Source: an uncultured Thermoleophilia bacterium
GTDB taxonomy: Bacteria > Actinomycetota > Thermoleophilia > UBA2241
DNA: 64,000 bases
Reading direction: 5' to 3'
NCBI GenBank assembly: GCA_963814545.1
Contig: CAWFDC010000010.1
Span: 3,786-67,785 of the forward strand
Positions within the stretch are counted from its first letter, which is position 1. Each line of letters begins with the position of its first letter. The notes below the pieces were generated by a model that had not been told where the DNA came from, did not search any database, and saw nothing but the letters and a program-made list of their open reading frames with translations. A program made the translations under genes and the position numbers. Shown one piece after another: positions 29,720 to 39,009 of the stretch.

Positions 29720-31293
29720 ATGGAGTCGCCGCCGCGCTACCTGCGACAGGTGCACGATCTGCCCTCCCTGCCCGGCGATCAGACCATCGAGGCCGAGGTC
29801 GTGGTGGTGGGAAGCGGCGCCGGCGGCGCGGTGGTGGCCAAGGAGCTTGCCGAAAAGGGCCATGCGGTGGTGCTGCTCGAGGAGGGGGCCTACTACCGAC
29901 GCGCCGACTTCGCGGCCACGCCCACGGAGAAGTTCCTCCGGTTCTACCGGGCTGGCGGCACCACCACGACGCTGGGGGGCCGACCCATTCCGATCCACAT
30001 GGGCGTGACCGTGGGGGGCTCCACCACGATCAACTCGGGCACCTGCGAGCGGGCGTCTGCGGCCGTGCTCTCCAGGTGGGGGACCGAGCTCGGGCTCACC
30101 GAGCTCACCGCGGCCTCCCTGGCTCCCTACTACGAGCGCGTGGAGGCCGTCCTCCAGGTCGCCCCGGTGCGGCCCGAGCGGCTGAGCGGCGTGTCCCACG
30201 CGGTGGCCCGCGGGGCCGAGGTGCTCGGGTGGCGGCACGGTCCGCTGAAACGCAACGCCCCGGACTGCGATCGCCTGGGGCACTGCGCCTTCGGCTGCCC
30301 CACCGACGCCAAGCGAAGCACCGATGTCTCCTACGTACCCAAGGCCCTCGGGGCCGGCGCCGGCCAGTTCTACACCGGCGCCAAGGTCACTCGTGTGCTG
30401 CTCCAGGGCGACCGGGCCGTGGGGGGGGAGGCTCTCGCCGCCCGAACGGGCGGCGGCGGTCCCCGTCGCGTCTCACCGTGCGCGCGCCCGTGGTGGTGGT
30501 GGCCTGCGGCGCGCTGCTCACTCCCGCGCTGCTCTGGCGGAGCGGCCTGGGCGGCTGGCCGAACCCGGTCCGCGGCTGGCCGAGCCCCCTGGGACAGCAC
30601 CTCACCGTGCATCCCGCCGTGCCCGTGTTCGCCGAGCTCCCCGAGGAGGTGCGCGGCTGGGACGGCGTGCCCCAGGGTTACGCCGTCACCGAGTTCCGCG
30701 AAGAGGGCATGATGCTCGAGGAGGGCTTCCCGCGCCTGCCCATGGCCGCCTCGGCCTTCCCCGACATCGGCCCGTCGTTCATGGCGCTCATGGAACGCTG
30801 GAGCCACGTGGCCATGTTCGGCGCCATGATCGCCGAGACCACGCGCGGCCGCGTGCTCCCGACGCCCTTCGGCGGGTTGCCCCTGTTCGTCTACCACCTG
30901 AACCGCGCCGACGTCTCGAGCCTGCTCCTCGGCATCGAGAGGATCTCCCGCCTGTTTCTCGCTGCTGGCGCCACGCGGATCTACCCCGGGCTCCCCGGCT
31001 TCGCCGAGCTCCGGACCGAGGACGACCTGGGTCGCTTGACCCGGGCCCGGGCCCGGGCCCGATTCGGCATGAGCGACCTGGAGCTCATCGCCTTCCACGC
31101 CCTGGGCACCGCGCGCCTCGGCGCGGATCCGCGCACCTCTTTCGTCCGACCAGACCACCGGTGCCATGACGTCCAGGGCCTGTACGTCACCGATGGCAGC
31201 GCCGTGCCCGGCCCCCTGGGTATCAACCCCCAGCTCACGATCATGGCCCTGGCCACCCGCGCCGCCGACGCCATCGACGCGCTGCTGGGCTAG
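29720..31293 (+). CDS. GMC-family FAD-dependent oxidoreductase, one frameshift
   Basis: VVVVGSGAGGAVVAKELAEKGHAVVLLEEG (FAD ADP-binding fold), GGSTTINSG, and the C-terminal GTARLGADP...GLYVTDGSAVPGPLGINPQLTIMALA. The frame changes between 30420 and 30470 (G8 run at 30421-30428). Start taken at ATG 29720. Confidence 0.8.
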
Positions 31294-31369
31294 AGGCCCC
31301 GGGCGATCTTGGACCCCTTGCACCTGATCTCCGATGATTGCGGCATGATCACCAGTTGAAGGGGACAGG

Positions 31370-31399
31370 TTGACACCACCCGATGTCACCCTCGACAAT
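31370..31399 (+). promoter_or_regulatory. Candidate sigma-70-type promoter (TTGACA - 18 nt - GACAAT)
   Basis: ttgaca at 31370-31375 and gacaat at 31394-31399, about 100 nt upstream of ATG 31503 in an unusually AT-richer stretch. Confidence 0.3.
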
Positions 31400-31502
31400 C
31401 GCGATCAAGAGGAGGCAGTGCGACAAAGGGCATCGGGTTCGGGGCTCTGGCACTCGCTTTCCAGGGTGATCCGCTTTGAGCAGAGAGAGAAGCGCTGGCA
31501 GA

Positions 31503-32012
31503 ATGGAATCTCATCACTTTTTGCCCCGTTTCCTTGTTCCGTTCTTAGCCTCCTTCCTTTGTCTATCCTGCCAGCCCGTTCTAAAGAGTGCTCCACGATC
31601 TGGAGAGCACTTCGATGCCAAACACTGTGGGCTGCTGGGGCACCTTGTCGCGCACTCCGATGGACTGGCAGCTGTCCAGCAGAGCCATAGCCGCGAGGGG
31701 TTTGAGCCATCGATTACGTATTGGCTCCCCTGCGGCGAAGATCGTCGACTCCACTGCAACGAGGCTCCGGCCTTCTTGCGTTTGCTTGCACGCCTGTACG
31801 ACAGGTTGCCTGACGAGGTGATGACGCTCTATCAGGCAGTCCGGGTGACCGTGCCGTATCGTCGACTGCACAGCCGTCGCTGGATTCCAAAGGACGCGAA
31901 GGTAAAAGTCCACCCAGACAACCTCTACGACCAGTTCCCGATCCCGTACCACCCATGTCTGAACGTGTTCTTCTTCCGCCAACCGAAGGAGAGGACGAAT
32001 TTCACGCCGTAG
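31503..32012 (+). CDS. Hypothetical protein with a hydrophobic N-terminus, in a locally lower-GC island
   Basis: Only a plus-strand ORF (track 31476..32012) has protein-like composition (HFDAKHCGLLGHLVAHSDGL...LYDRLPDEVMTLYQAVRVTVPYRRL...). ATG 31503 gives MESHHFLPRFLVPFLASFLCLSC. No family recognised. Confidence 0.4.
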   Translation: MESHHFLPRFLVPFLASFLCLSCQPVLKSAPRSGEHFDAKHCGLLGHLVAHSDGLAAVQQSHSREGFEPSITYWLPCGEDRRLHCNEAPAFLRLLARLYDRLPDEVMTLYQAVRVTVPYRRLHSRRWIPKDAKVKVHPDNLYDQFPIPYHPCLNVFFFRQPKERTNFTP

Positions 32013-32080
32013 TGACCGTTGCGCTGCAGGTCCGTTCCCTAGATCGGGCACCAGGCCGGCTTGATCTGGCTGCAGGCCGT

Positions 32081-32980
32081 TCAGGTCTTCGCGGGATCCT
32101 TCGGACCCTTCGGACCCTTCGGACCCTTCGGATCCTTGGGCGCGGTGGAGGCGCTGCCCTCCTCCATGGCGTCCGAAGGAATCTCGTGCCCCTTGTCCCG
32201 CTTCACGCGCATGTAGCCGAGGTTGTGCCGCGTGAAGCCCACCACGAGGGGGACGCGCTCCACCACGTCGATACCGCCCCGCCGGAGATCCTCCACCTTC
32301 AGCGGGTTATTGGTGAGGAGCCGGATCCGCGGCGAGGCGGGGCGTAGGAAGCGGAGCACCACGGCCGCGTCGGTGAAGTCCCTCGAGTCCTCGGGCAGGC
32401 CGAGGGTGGTGTTGGCCTGGTAGGTGTCCTGTCCCATATCTTGTAGAAGATAGGTCACGGCCTTGGCCCAAAGCCCGATGCCGCGGCCCTCGTGGCTCGA
32501 CATGTACACCACGGCGCCCGTGCCCTCGTCCACGATCTGGCGGAAGGCCCGATGGAGCTGCGGGCCGCACTCGCAGCGGCGGGAGCCGAAGACGTCCGAG
32601 GTCATGCAGCACGAGTGGACCCTGACGAGGGGAGCACGTGCGGTGGAGAACGCCTCACCGCCGTGCACGAGCACCGAGCTCACCTGCATGAACGTGGACA
32701 GCAGCGGCACGATGTCGCGCTTCTCGTCCCGGCGCACCCGAGAAGAGACCTCCTCGATGAGGTCGAGCTCGGCATGGCGCACGAAGGCGTACCACTGGAA
32801 GAGCGCCTCTTCGCCACCGGGGCCCTCGAGGCTCACGGGCAGGGGCACGGGTCCGAGGAGCGAGAGGTAGCGCTGGTCTTCGTGTTCGGGAGGGAGGGAA
32901 CGACCCTCCCGATCGAGGTGCACGAGCTTCTTCTTATAGAGAAGCAGATCCACGATGGAGGGGTCGATGTAGCTGAACAT
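32081..32980 (-). CDS. GTP cyclohydrolase II (RibA)-like protein with an N-terminal insertion and a PKG-repeat tail
   Basis: VRVHSCCMTSDVFGSRRCECGPQL (Zn Cys triad spacing C-x10-C-x-C), HEGRGIGLWAKAVTYLLQDMGQDTYQANTTLG, and LLTNNPLKVEDLRRGGIDVVERV. The tail is KDPKGPKGPKGPKDP. Confidence 0.75.
   Translation of the reverse strand: MFSYIDPSIVDLLLYKKKLVHLDREGRSLPPEHEDQRYLSLLGPVPLPVSLEGPGGEEALFQWYAFVRHAELDLIEEVSSRVRRDEKRDIVPLLSTFMQVSSVLVHGGEAFSTARAPLVRVHSCCMTSDVFGSRRCECGPQLHRAFRQIVDEGTGAVVYMSSHEGRGIGLWAKAVTYLLQDMGQDTYQANTTLGLPEDSRDFTDAAVVLRFLRPASPRIRLLTNNPLKVEDLRRGGIDVVERVPLVVGFTRHNLGYMRVKRDKGHEIPSDAMEEGSASTAPKDPKGPKGPKGPKDPAKT
32094..32138 (-). repeat. 9-bp tandem repeat x5 (ggaYccttS) encoding the (PKG)n tail
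   Basis: ggatccttc ggacccttc ggacccttc ggacccttc ggatccttg on the plus strand. Confidence 0.95.
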
Positions 32981-33056
32981 GGGGCGGCTCCCCAGGGCCG
33001 GCGCCGAGGGCGCGGCCGCGGTCCAAACGCCTCACCCCGCATGGGCGACGCGAGGT

Positions 33057-35495
33057 TTATTTCACAACCAGGTTGACGAGCGGAGTCTTCCCCGCCCGCG
33101 CGGGCACGAAGACCTCCTTGACGAGGGTCTTGCCCGAAAGAAACTCCTGCACGTGGATGTCGGCTTTTGCCAGGACGAGGGCGTCCTCCTTGTGTGACGT
33201 CCGCGGGCACCATCAGCCGGGCCCTGACCTTGCTCGACACTTGAACAACAAGCTCGATCTCCGGGTCCGACGCCAAAGCCTCGTCGTAGGTGGGCCATGG
33301 CTCGTAGGCCAGGGACTGGGTGTGGCCGAGCTTCTCCCAGAGCTCCTCAGCGAGGTGCGGGGCAAAGGGAGCGAGCAGAAGGACGTAGGTCTTGAGCACC
33401 GAACGCGGCCGAATCGATTCGGCGGTGAGGCCCGTGACGCACTCCATGAGCCGGGCGATGCCGGTATTGAACCGCATCTGGTCGAGGTCGTGGGTGACGG
33501 CCCGAATGGTCTTGTGAAGGAGCCGCGTCACAGCCTCGGAGGGCGGCACGTCTTGCACCGCGCCAAGAAGGTGGCCCTCGGCGTCGAGGAGGAGTCGCCA
33601 GCTCCGCTCGAGCCAGCGTCGCACGCCCACCACGTCCCGCGTGGACCAGGGCTTCACCACCTCCAGGGGGCCCATGAACATCTCGTAGCAACGGAAGGCA
33701 TCTGCGCCGTGCTCCCGGATGATCTCGTCCGGGTTGACCACGTTGCCTCGGCTCTTGGACATCTTCTCCCGGTCCTCGCCGAGGATGAGACCCTGGTTGA
33801 CGAGCCTCGCGAAGGGCTCGTTCGTGGACACGAAGCCGAGATCGAAGAGCACCTTGTGCCAGAACCGCGCGTAGAGGAGGTGGAGCACGGCGTGCTCCGC
33901 GCCGCCCACGTAGAGGTCGACGGGCATCCAGTAGCGCTCCTTCGCCGCATCCCAGAGCGGCTTCGGCGTTCTGTCGGATCCAGGAAGCGCAGGTAGTACC
34001 AGCAGGAGCCGGCCCACTGGGGCATGGTGTTGGTCTCGCGTCGCGCGGGCGCTCCCGTGCGCGGGTCGGTCGTGTTCACCCATCAGGGCGCGTGCCAGGG
34101 GGGCTCTCGCCCGTGTCTGCGGGCAGTAATGCGTCCACTCGGGCAGCGTGAGCGGGCAGGGCCTCCTCGGGCAGAGCCGCGACCGTGCCGTCCTCGAGGT
34201 GGAGAAGCGGGAAGGGCTCGCCCCAGTAACGCTGCCGGGAGAAGACCCAGTCCCTGAGCTTGTAGTTCACCGCCGCCTGGCCAAGGCCCCGCTCGTCGAG
34301 CCAGGCCGTGACCTTGGCGTTGCGCCGCAGGCACGTCGAGGCCGTCGATGAGGGGCGAGTTCACGTGGAGCCCGTCGCCCTCGTAGGCCTCCCGGGTGCA
34401 CGTCGCCGCCGGAGACCACCTCGACGATGGGCAGGTCGAACTTTCGGGCGAAGTCCCAGTCGCGCTGATCGTGGCCGGGCACGGCCATGATGGCGCCGGT
34501 GCCGTAGGAGATCAGCACGTAGTCGGCCATCCAGACCGGGACGGCGCTTGCCGTTCACGGGGTTGATGGCGAAGGCGCCAGTGAACACGCCGGTCTTGTC
34601 CTTGGCGAGGTCGGTGCGCTCCAGGTCGCTCTTGTGCCGGGCGGCCTGCACGTAGGCCTGGACCGCGGCGCGCTGGGCGTCGGTGGTGAGGCGCTCCACG
34701 AGGGCGTGCTCGGGCGCGAGCACCATGTAGGTGGCGCCGAACAGGGTGTCGGGCCGCGTGGTGAAGACCCGGATCGCCTCGCCCCAGCTCGGGCAGGGCG
34801 AAGTCCACGTCCGCTCCCTCGCTTCGCCCGATCCAGTCCCGCTGCATCTGCTTGATGCCCTCGGGCCAGTCGAGATCGTCGAGGTCTGCGAGGAGCCGCT
34901 CGGCATAGTCTGTGATGCGGAGCACCCACTGGCGCAGGGGGCGCTTCTCCACGGCGCTGCCACACCGCTCGCAGGCGCCCTCCTTCACCTCCTCGTTGGC
35001 GAGGCCGGTCCGGCAGGAGACGCACCAATTGATGGGCTTCGCGTCCTGGTACGCCAGGCCCTTTTCGAAGAGCTTGAGGAAGATCCACTGGGTCCAGCGG
35101 TAGTAGGACGGCTCGCTGGTGTTAACCTCCCGGTCCCAGTCGTAGGAGAAGCCCAAGGACTGGATCTGGCGCCTGAAGTTGTCCACGTTCTGGCGCGTGG
35201 CCTCCGCCGGGTGGATGCCCGTCTTGATGGCGTAGTTCTCGGTGGGCAGGCCGAAGGCGTCCCATCCCATGGGGTGAAGGACGTTGAAGCCCCGCATGCG
35301 CTTGTAGCGGCACACGATGTCAGTGGCCGTGTAGCCCTCGGGGTGCCCGACGTGCAGCCCGGCCCCGGAGGGGTAGGGGAACATGTCGAGCACGTAGTAC
35401 TTGGGCTTGGGGGAGCAATCCTCGGCCCGGAAGGTCTTTTCCGCGAGCCAGCGGCCCTGCCACTTGACGTCGATAGTGCGGTGGTCGTAGCTCAT
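33057..35495 (-). pseudogene. leuS: Leucyl-tRNA synthetase, reading frame broken at least eight times
   Basis: Conserved LeuS segments appear in order but in different frames:
- [18 protein letters not shown] (HIGH region);
- [21 protein letters not shown];
- [28 protein letters not shown];
- [20 protein letters not shown];
- [23 protein letters not shown];
- [21 protein letters not shown];
- KMSKSRGN;
- tail LVNLVVK with stop at 33057-33059.
These pieces fall in ORFs 34512.., 34361.., 34267.., 34083.., 34076.., 33654.. and 32833... Confidence 0.85.
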
Positions 35496-35645
35496 CTGCT
35501 TGATCCGGGGGAGGACTCTAGGTCGTGGTCCTCGATCACGTCATGGGGTGGCGCCATGGGAACTCAACAGCGGCGGCTACAGGATCGCGGCCTCGGGGCC
35601 GAACCAGTGCGCGGACGGATCCCCGGCTGACGAAGCTCCGTCGGT

Positions 35646-36279
35646 TCAATGTGAGGACGGAAACTCGTGGTCCATGATCATGTCCTCCATCTTGCGCCAG
35701 AGCTCCGCCATGTAGTTGGACATGATGAACACGTCGTGCTTCTTGCCCGTCAGGTCGGTGGCGTGGTCTCGGAGGACGGCCTCCTCGGTGAAACCCAGAT
35801 TCTTGAGCAGGGCCCGAAGACGGAGCTGGTCGTCTAGCACCTGGTAGGTCAGTTTGTCGAGGCCTTGGGCCGCCGCGATTTCAACGATCTCATGGATGAG
35901 CTGGCCGCCGAGATCCACGGGGGCCGTTTCCGGGTTCAGGCAGTACCGGATTTCACCCACGTGGCGCGCCCAGCCGTGGTGCAGGATGCGCAGGGTGATC
36001 TCCCCCACCAGCTCCGGCGGATCGGTGCCCGGGGCGACGGCCCCCAGTAGAATCATGCCCCCGAGCTGGATCTCCTCGAGGAACCGCTTGAGGATGATCC
36101 GGTTGGTGTTGTCCTGTCTCAGTCGGAGACGGATCTCCGGGAGGCAGGGAGCGATAGAAACTGAGCAGGACGTCCTCGTCCTCCTCGGCCAGGGGAGCGA
36201 CGATCACCTGACGATGATCCTTGAGCTCCAAGAGCTTCGGGTACTTGCTGCCGTTGATGTTCTCGACGTTCAGCTTCAT
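35646..36279 (-). CDS. GNAT-family acetyltransferase (Pat-type protein acetyltransferase-like), one frameshift
   Basis: VIVAPLAEEDEDVLLSFYRSLPPEIRLRLR... then VGEITLRIL...GEIRYCLNPE...GGQLIHEIVEIAAAQGLDKLTYQVLDDQLRLRALLKNLGF. The frame changes near 36131-36137, and the two pieces are ORFs 35953..36279 and 35646..36056. Confidence 0.7.
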
Positions 36280-36282
36280 GGT

Positions 36283-36858
36283 CTACGCCCTCCCTTTGTG
36301 CTCAAGGCCGTACTCGAACCCCAAGTCGAAGGCGCGACCGTTGAGCTGCTCCGTGCCCTTGGGCACCGACTGGAGCACTGCCGCGCGGGCCGAGTCGCCG
36401 CCGATTTCCTCCACCACCGAAGCGATGAAGCCCACCATCACGATGTTGGTGACGATGCGCCGCCGGAGCGACTCGGCCAGGGCCGTTGCGGGCACGCCGA
36501 AACGCGGGATGGCGGCGGGCACCGATGAGATGTCCACCAGGTCCGACTCGTAGATGAGCCTTCCCGAGGGCTTGAGGTGGTCGATGTAGGTGCTGAGCCC
36601 CTCCTGGCTCATGGCCACCAGCAGATCCGGCCGGCGGACGTAGGGGTAGAGCACCTTCTCCTCGGAGAGCACGAGCTGGGCGCTGCAGGCCCCGCCCCGT
36701 GCCTCAGGGCCAAAGCTCTGGACGAGCGTGGCGTGCTTGTTCTGCACGATGGACACCGCCCGCCCGAGGATCATGGCCGCGAGGATCACGCCCTGACCGC
36801 CGAAACCGGCGATACGCACCTCATAGGCTTTCCCGAGATCCATGCGATTCTCCCGCAT
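36283..36858 (-). CDS. 2-oxoacid:ferredoxin oxidoreductase, gamma subunit
   Basis: VRIAGFGGQGVILAAMILGRA...FGPEARGGACSAQLVLS. Start at ATG 36856-36858; ATG 36841-36843 is an alternative. Confidence 0.85.
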   Translation of the reverse strand: MRENRMDLGKAYEVRIAGFGGQGVILAAMILGRAVSIVQNKHATLVQSFGPEARGGACSAQLVLSEEKVLYPYVRRPDLLVAMSQEGLSTYIDHLKPSGRLIYESDLVDISSVPAAIPRFGVPATALAESLRRRIVTNIVMVGFIASVVEEIGGDSARAAVLQSVPKGTEQLNGRAFDLGFEYGLEHKGRA

Positions 36859-36896
36859 CCCCCGGGGCACCTCGGCCCCGGCGGGTCCGTTGTTTC

Positions 36897-37802
36897 TTAC
36901 GCCTCCGGCTCCACCATGGTGACGGGGCCGTAGGGCCTGAAGCGCTCCGGCCCCAGGGCCTTGCACATGGCGTCGTTGTACACGCTCAGGAAGGCCGGTC
37001 GGGGTCGATCCTTGAATTTGCCGATGACGATTGGCCCTTTCTCGAGGTCCACGTAGGCCGAGGAGGTGGACTCACCGTCGCGCCGGACCGCCTTCTCCTT
37101 GAAGAGCCGCTGCATGTCCAGACCGTCCCCCAGGCGGTTCCTGCGGGCGAACAGCGTGGGACAGGGCGAGAGCACCTCCACGAAGGAGAAGCCGTCCTTC
37201 AGGAGGGCTTCCTTCATGCAGTTCACCAGGGGCCTCACGTGGAACGTGGTGAAGCGCGACACGAAGGAAGCCCCAGCCGAATCGGCCAGGTGGGCCAAGT
37301 TGAAGGGTGGCTCCAGGTTCCCGTAGGGCGTGGTGGTGGCCGTGGTGAGCTCCGGGGAAGTGGGCGCCACCTGGCCTCCCGTCATGCCGTAAGTGAAGTT
37401 GTTGACGCAGATCACCGTGAGGTTCACGTTCCGTCGGGCGGCGTGGATGAAGTGGTTGCCGCCGATGGCGATGAGATCCCCGTCGCCGGAGAAGACCACC
37501 ACGTGGAGCTCCGGATCGGCCAGCTTCAGACCCGTGGCGAACGGGATCGCCCGACCGTGGGTCGTATGGAAGGAGTCGAGCCGGATGTATCCCGCCACTC
37601 GCCCGGTGCAGCCGATGCCGGACACGATGACCAGCTTTTCTCGTGGGATGCCGCTGGCCTCCACCGCCCGCACGAAGCAGTTCACTGCGGTACCGATGCC
37701 GCAGCCCGGGCACCAGATGTGCGGCATGCGGTCCATCCGGAGCCAGTCCTCCATGGAGCTGTTCACGGGCTGCCCGTGGGAGTCGAGCGCGTCGGTCGTC
37801 AT
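36897..37802 (-). CDS. 2-oxoacid:ferredoxin oxidoreductase, beta (TPP-binding) subunit
   Basis: WCPGCGIG, SGIGCTGR, HTTHGRAIPFATGLKLA and VVVFSGDGDLIAIGGNHFIHAARRN motifs. 301 aa. Confidence 0.9.
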   Translation of the reverse strand: MTTDALDSHGQPVNSSMEDWLRMDRMPHIWCPGCGIGTAVNCFVRAVEASGIPREKLVIVSGIGCTGRVAGYIRLDSFHTTHGRAIPFATGLKLADPELHVVVFSGDGDLIAIGGNHFIHAARRNVNLTVICVNNFTYGMTGGQVAPTSPELTTATTTPYGNLEPPFNLAHLADSAGASFVSRFTTFHVRPLVNCMKEALLKDGFSFVEVLSPCPTLFARRNRLGDGLDMQRLFKEKAVRRDGESTSSAYVDLEKGPIVIGKFKDRPRPAFLSVYNDAMCKALGPERFRPYGPVTMVEPEA

Positions 37803-38968
37803 CGCCGCACCTCCAGGATGGCGTCGAGGATCACCTTAGGATCATGCACCGTGCCGCCTGCGTGGGTCACGCGGCGCACGCGGGCGCGCCCAGCCACCAC
37901 CCGCTCCACCTCGAGGACCACCTGGCCAAGATTGAGCTCGGGGAACACCACGTGCCGGATCGTTCCTTGATCGAGGAGGTCCCGAATGAGCTGCTCGGGG
38001 AAGGGCCACACCGTGAGGAGCCGGAGGTGGCCCACCTTGAGACCCTTCGACCGCGCCTCCAGAATGGCCCGCTCCGCGACCCGGGAGGTGATGCCATAGC
38101 TCATCACGAGCACTTCGGCACTCTCGAGCTCCGAGGCTTCCACTCTTTTCAAGGGACCATCAGCGTCGCGATCTACCTTCTCCTTGAGCCGCCGGATGAG
38201 TCGATCCTGGGCCTCGGCGTTCATGGCGGGGTAGCCCCGCTCGTCGTGCGTGAGGCCCGTGACGTGGAAGTAGTAGCCCTTGCCCGTGGGCGCCATCTCG
38301 GGCACGAGGCTGCCCTCGGCGCAGGCATAGGCCTGATACTCGGCAGGCGACTTGCGCGTGAAGCGCCTGGGCCGCACCTCGATGGTCTCGGCCTCTGGGA
38401 TCACGACCTTCTCCAGCATGTGCCCCACAGCCTCGTCCAGCATGAGGAGCACGGGGGTGCGGTACTCTTCGGCAAGGTTGAAGGCGACCACGGTGAGGTC
38501 GAATGCCTCCTGGGGCGAGTTCGGACACAGGGCGATCATGGGGTAGTCCCCGTGGGAGCCCCAGCGCGCCTGCATCATGTCCGCCTGGCCGGGCAGGGTG
38601 GGCAGGCCGGTGGAGGGCCCCCCGCGCTGCACGTTGACCCAGACCGTGGGGGTCTCGGTGATGGCCGCCAGACCGATGTGCTCCTGCATGAGCGAGATAC
38701 CCGGGCCCGAGGAGACCGTCATGGTCTTCACTCCCCCCCAGGCGGCGCCGATGATGGCGATGGAAGAGGCCAGCTCGTCCTCCATCTGTACGAACATCCC
38801 GCCCACCAGGGGGAAGCGGGCAGCGAGCCTTTCCACGACCTCGGTGGAGGGGGTGATGGGGTATCCCGCGCTGAACCGACAACCCGCAGCGATGGCCCCC
38901 TCGGCGCAGGCCACGTCTCCGTCGATGAAATGGGTGCCTGTCAGCACGCTTCCTTCGGCTGAATGCAT
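37799..38968 (-). CDS. 2-oxoacid:ferredoxin oxidoreductase, alpha subunit
   Basis: Start at ATG 38966-38968, preceded by gaggagagga. ACAEGAIAAGCRFSAGYPITPSTEV, MEDELASSIAIIGAAWGG, SGPGISLM and QRGGPSTGLPT motifs. Confidence 0.9.
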   Translation of the reverse strand: MHSAEGSVLTGTHFIDGDVACAEGAIAAGCRFSAGYPITPSTEVVERLAARFPLVGGMFVQMEDELASSIAIIGAAWGGVKTMTVSSGPGISLMQEHIGLAAITETPTVWVNVQRGGPSTGLPTLPGQADMMQARWGSHGDYPMIALCPNSPQEAFDLTVVAFNLAEEYRTPVLLMLDEAVGHMLEKVVIPEAETIEVRPRRFTRKSPAEYQAYACAEGSLVPEMAPTGKGYYFHVTGLTHDERGYPAMNAEAQDRLIRRLKEKVDRDADGPLKRVEASELESAEVLVMSYGITSRVAERAILEARSKGLKVGHLRLLTVWPFPEQLIRDLLDQGTIRHVVFPELNLGQVVLEVERVVAGRARVRRVTHAGGTVHDPKVILDAILEVRR

Positions 38969-39009
38969 CGCGCTCCTCTCCTCGGTGCGTCGGTCACGGA
39001 GTTGGCGGG

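Noticed and set aside
31447-31461. TGGCAC-N5-TTTCC (also at 48046-48060 and in mirrored form at 48088-48104) as sigma-54 promoters. An NtrC-type activator is encoded in block C.
   Set aside because: The invariant -12 GC dinucleotide is CC here. The two occurrences lie in different blocks that probably derive from different organisms. No UAS-like repeats lie upstream. I kept this only as a note within other findings.
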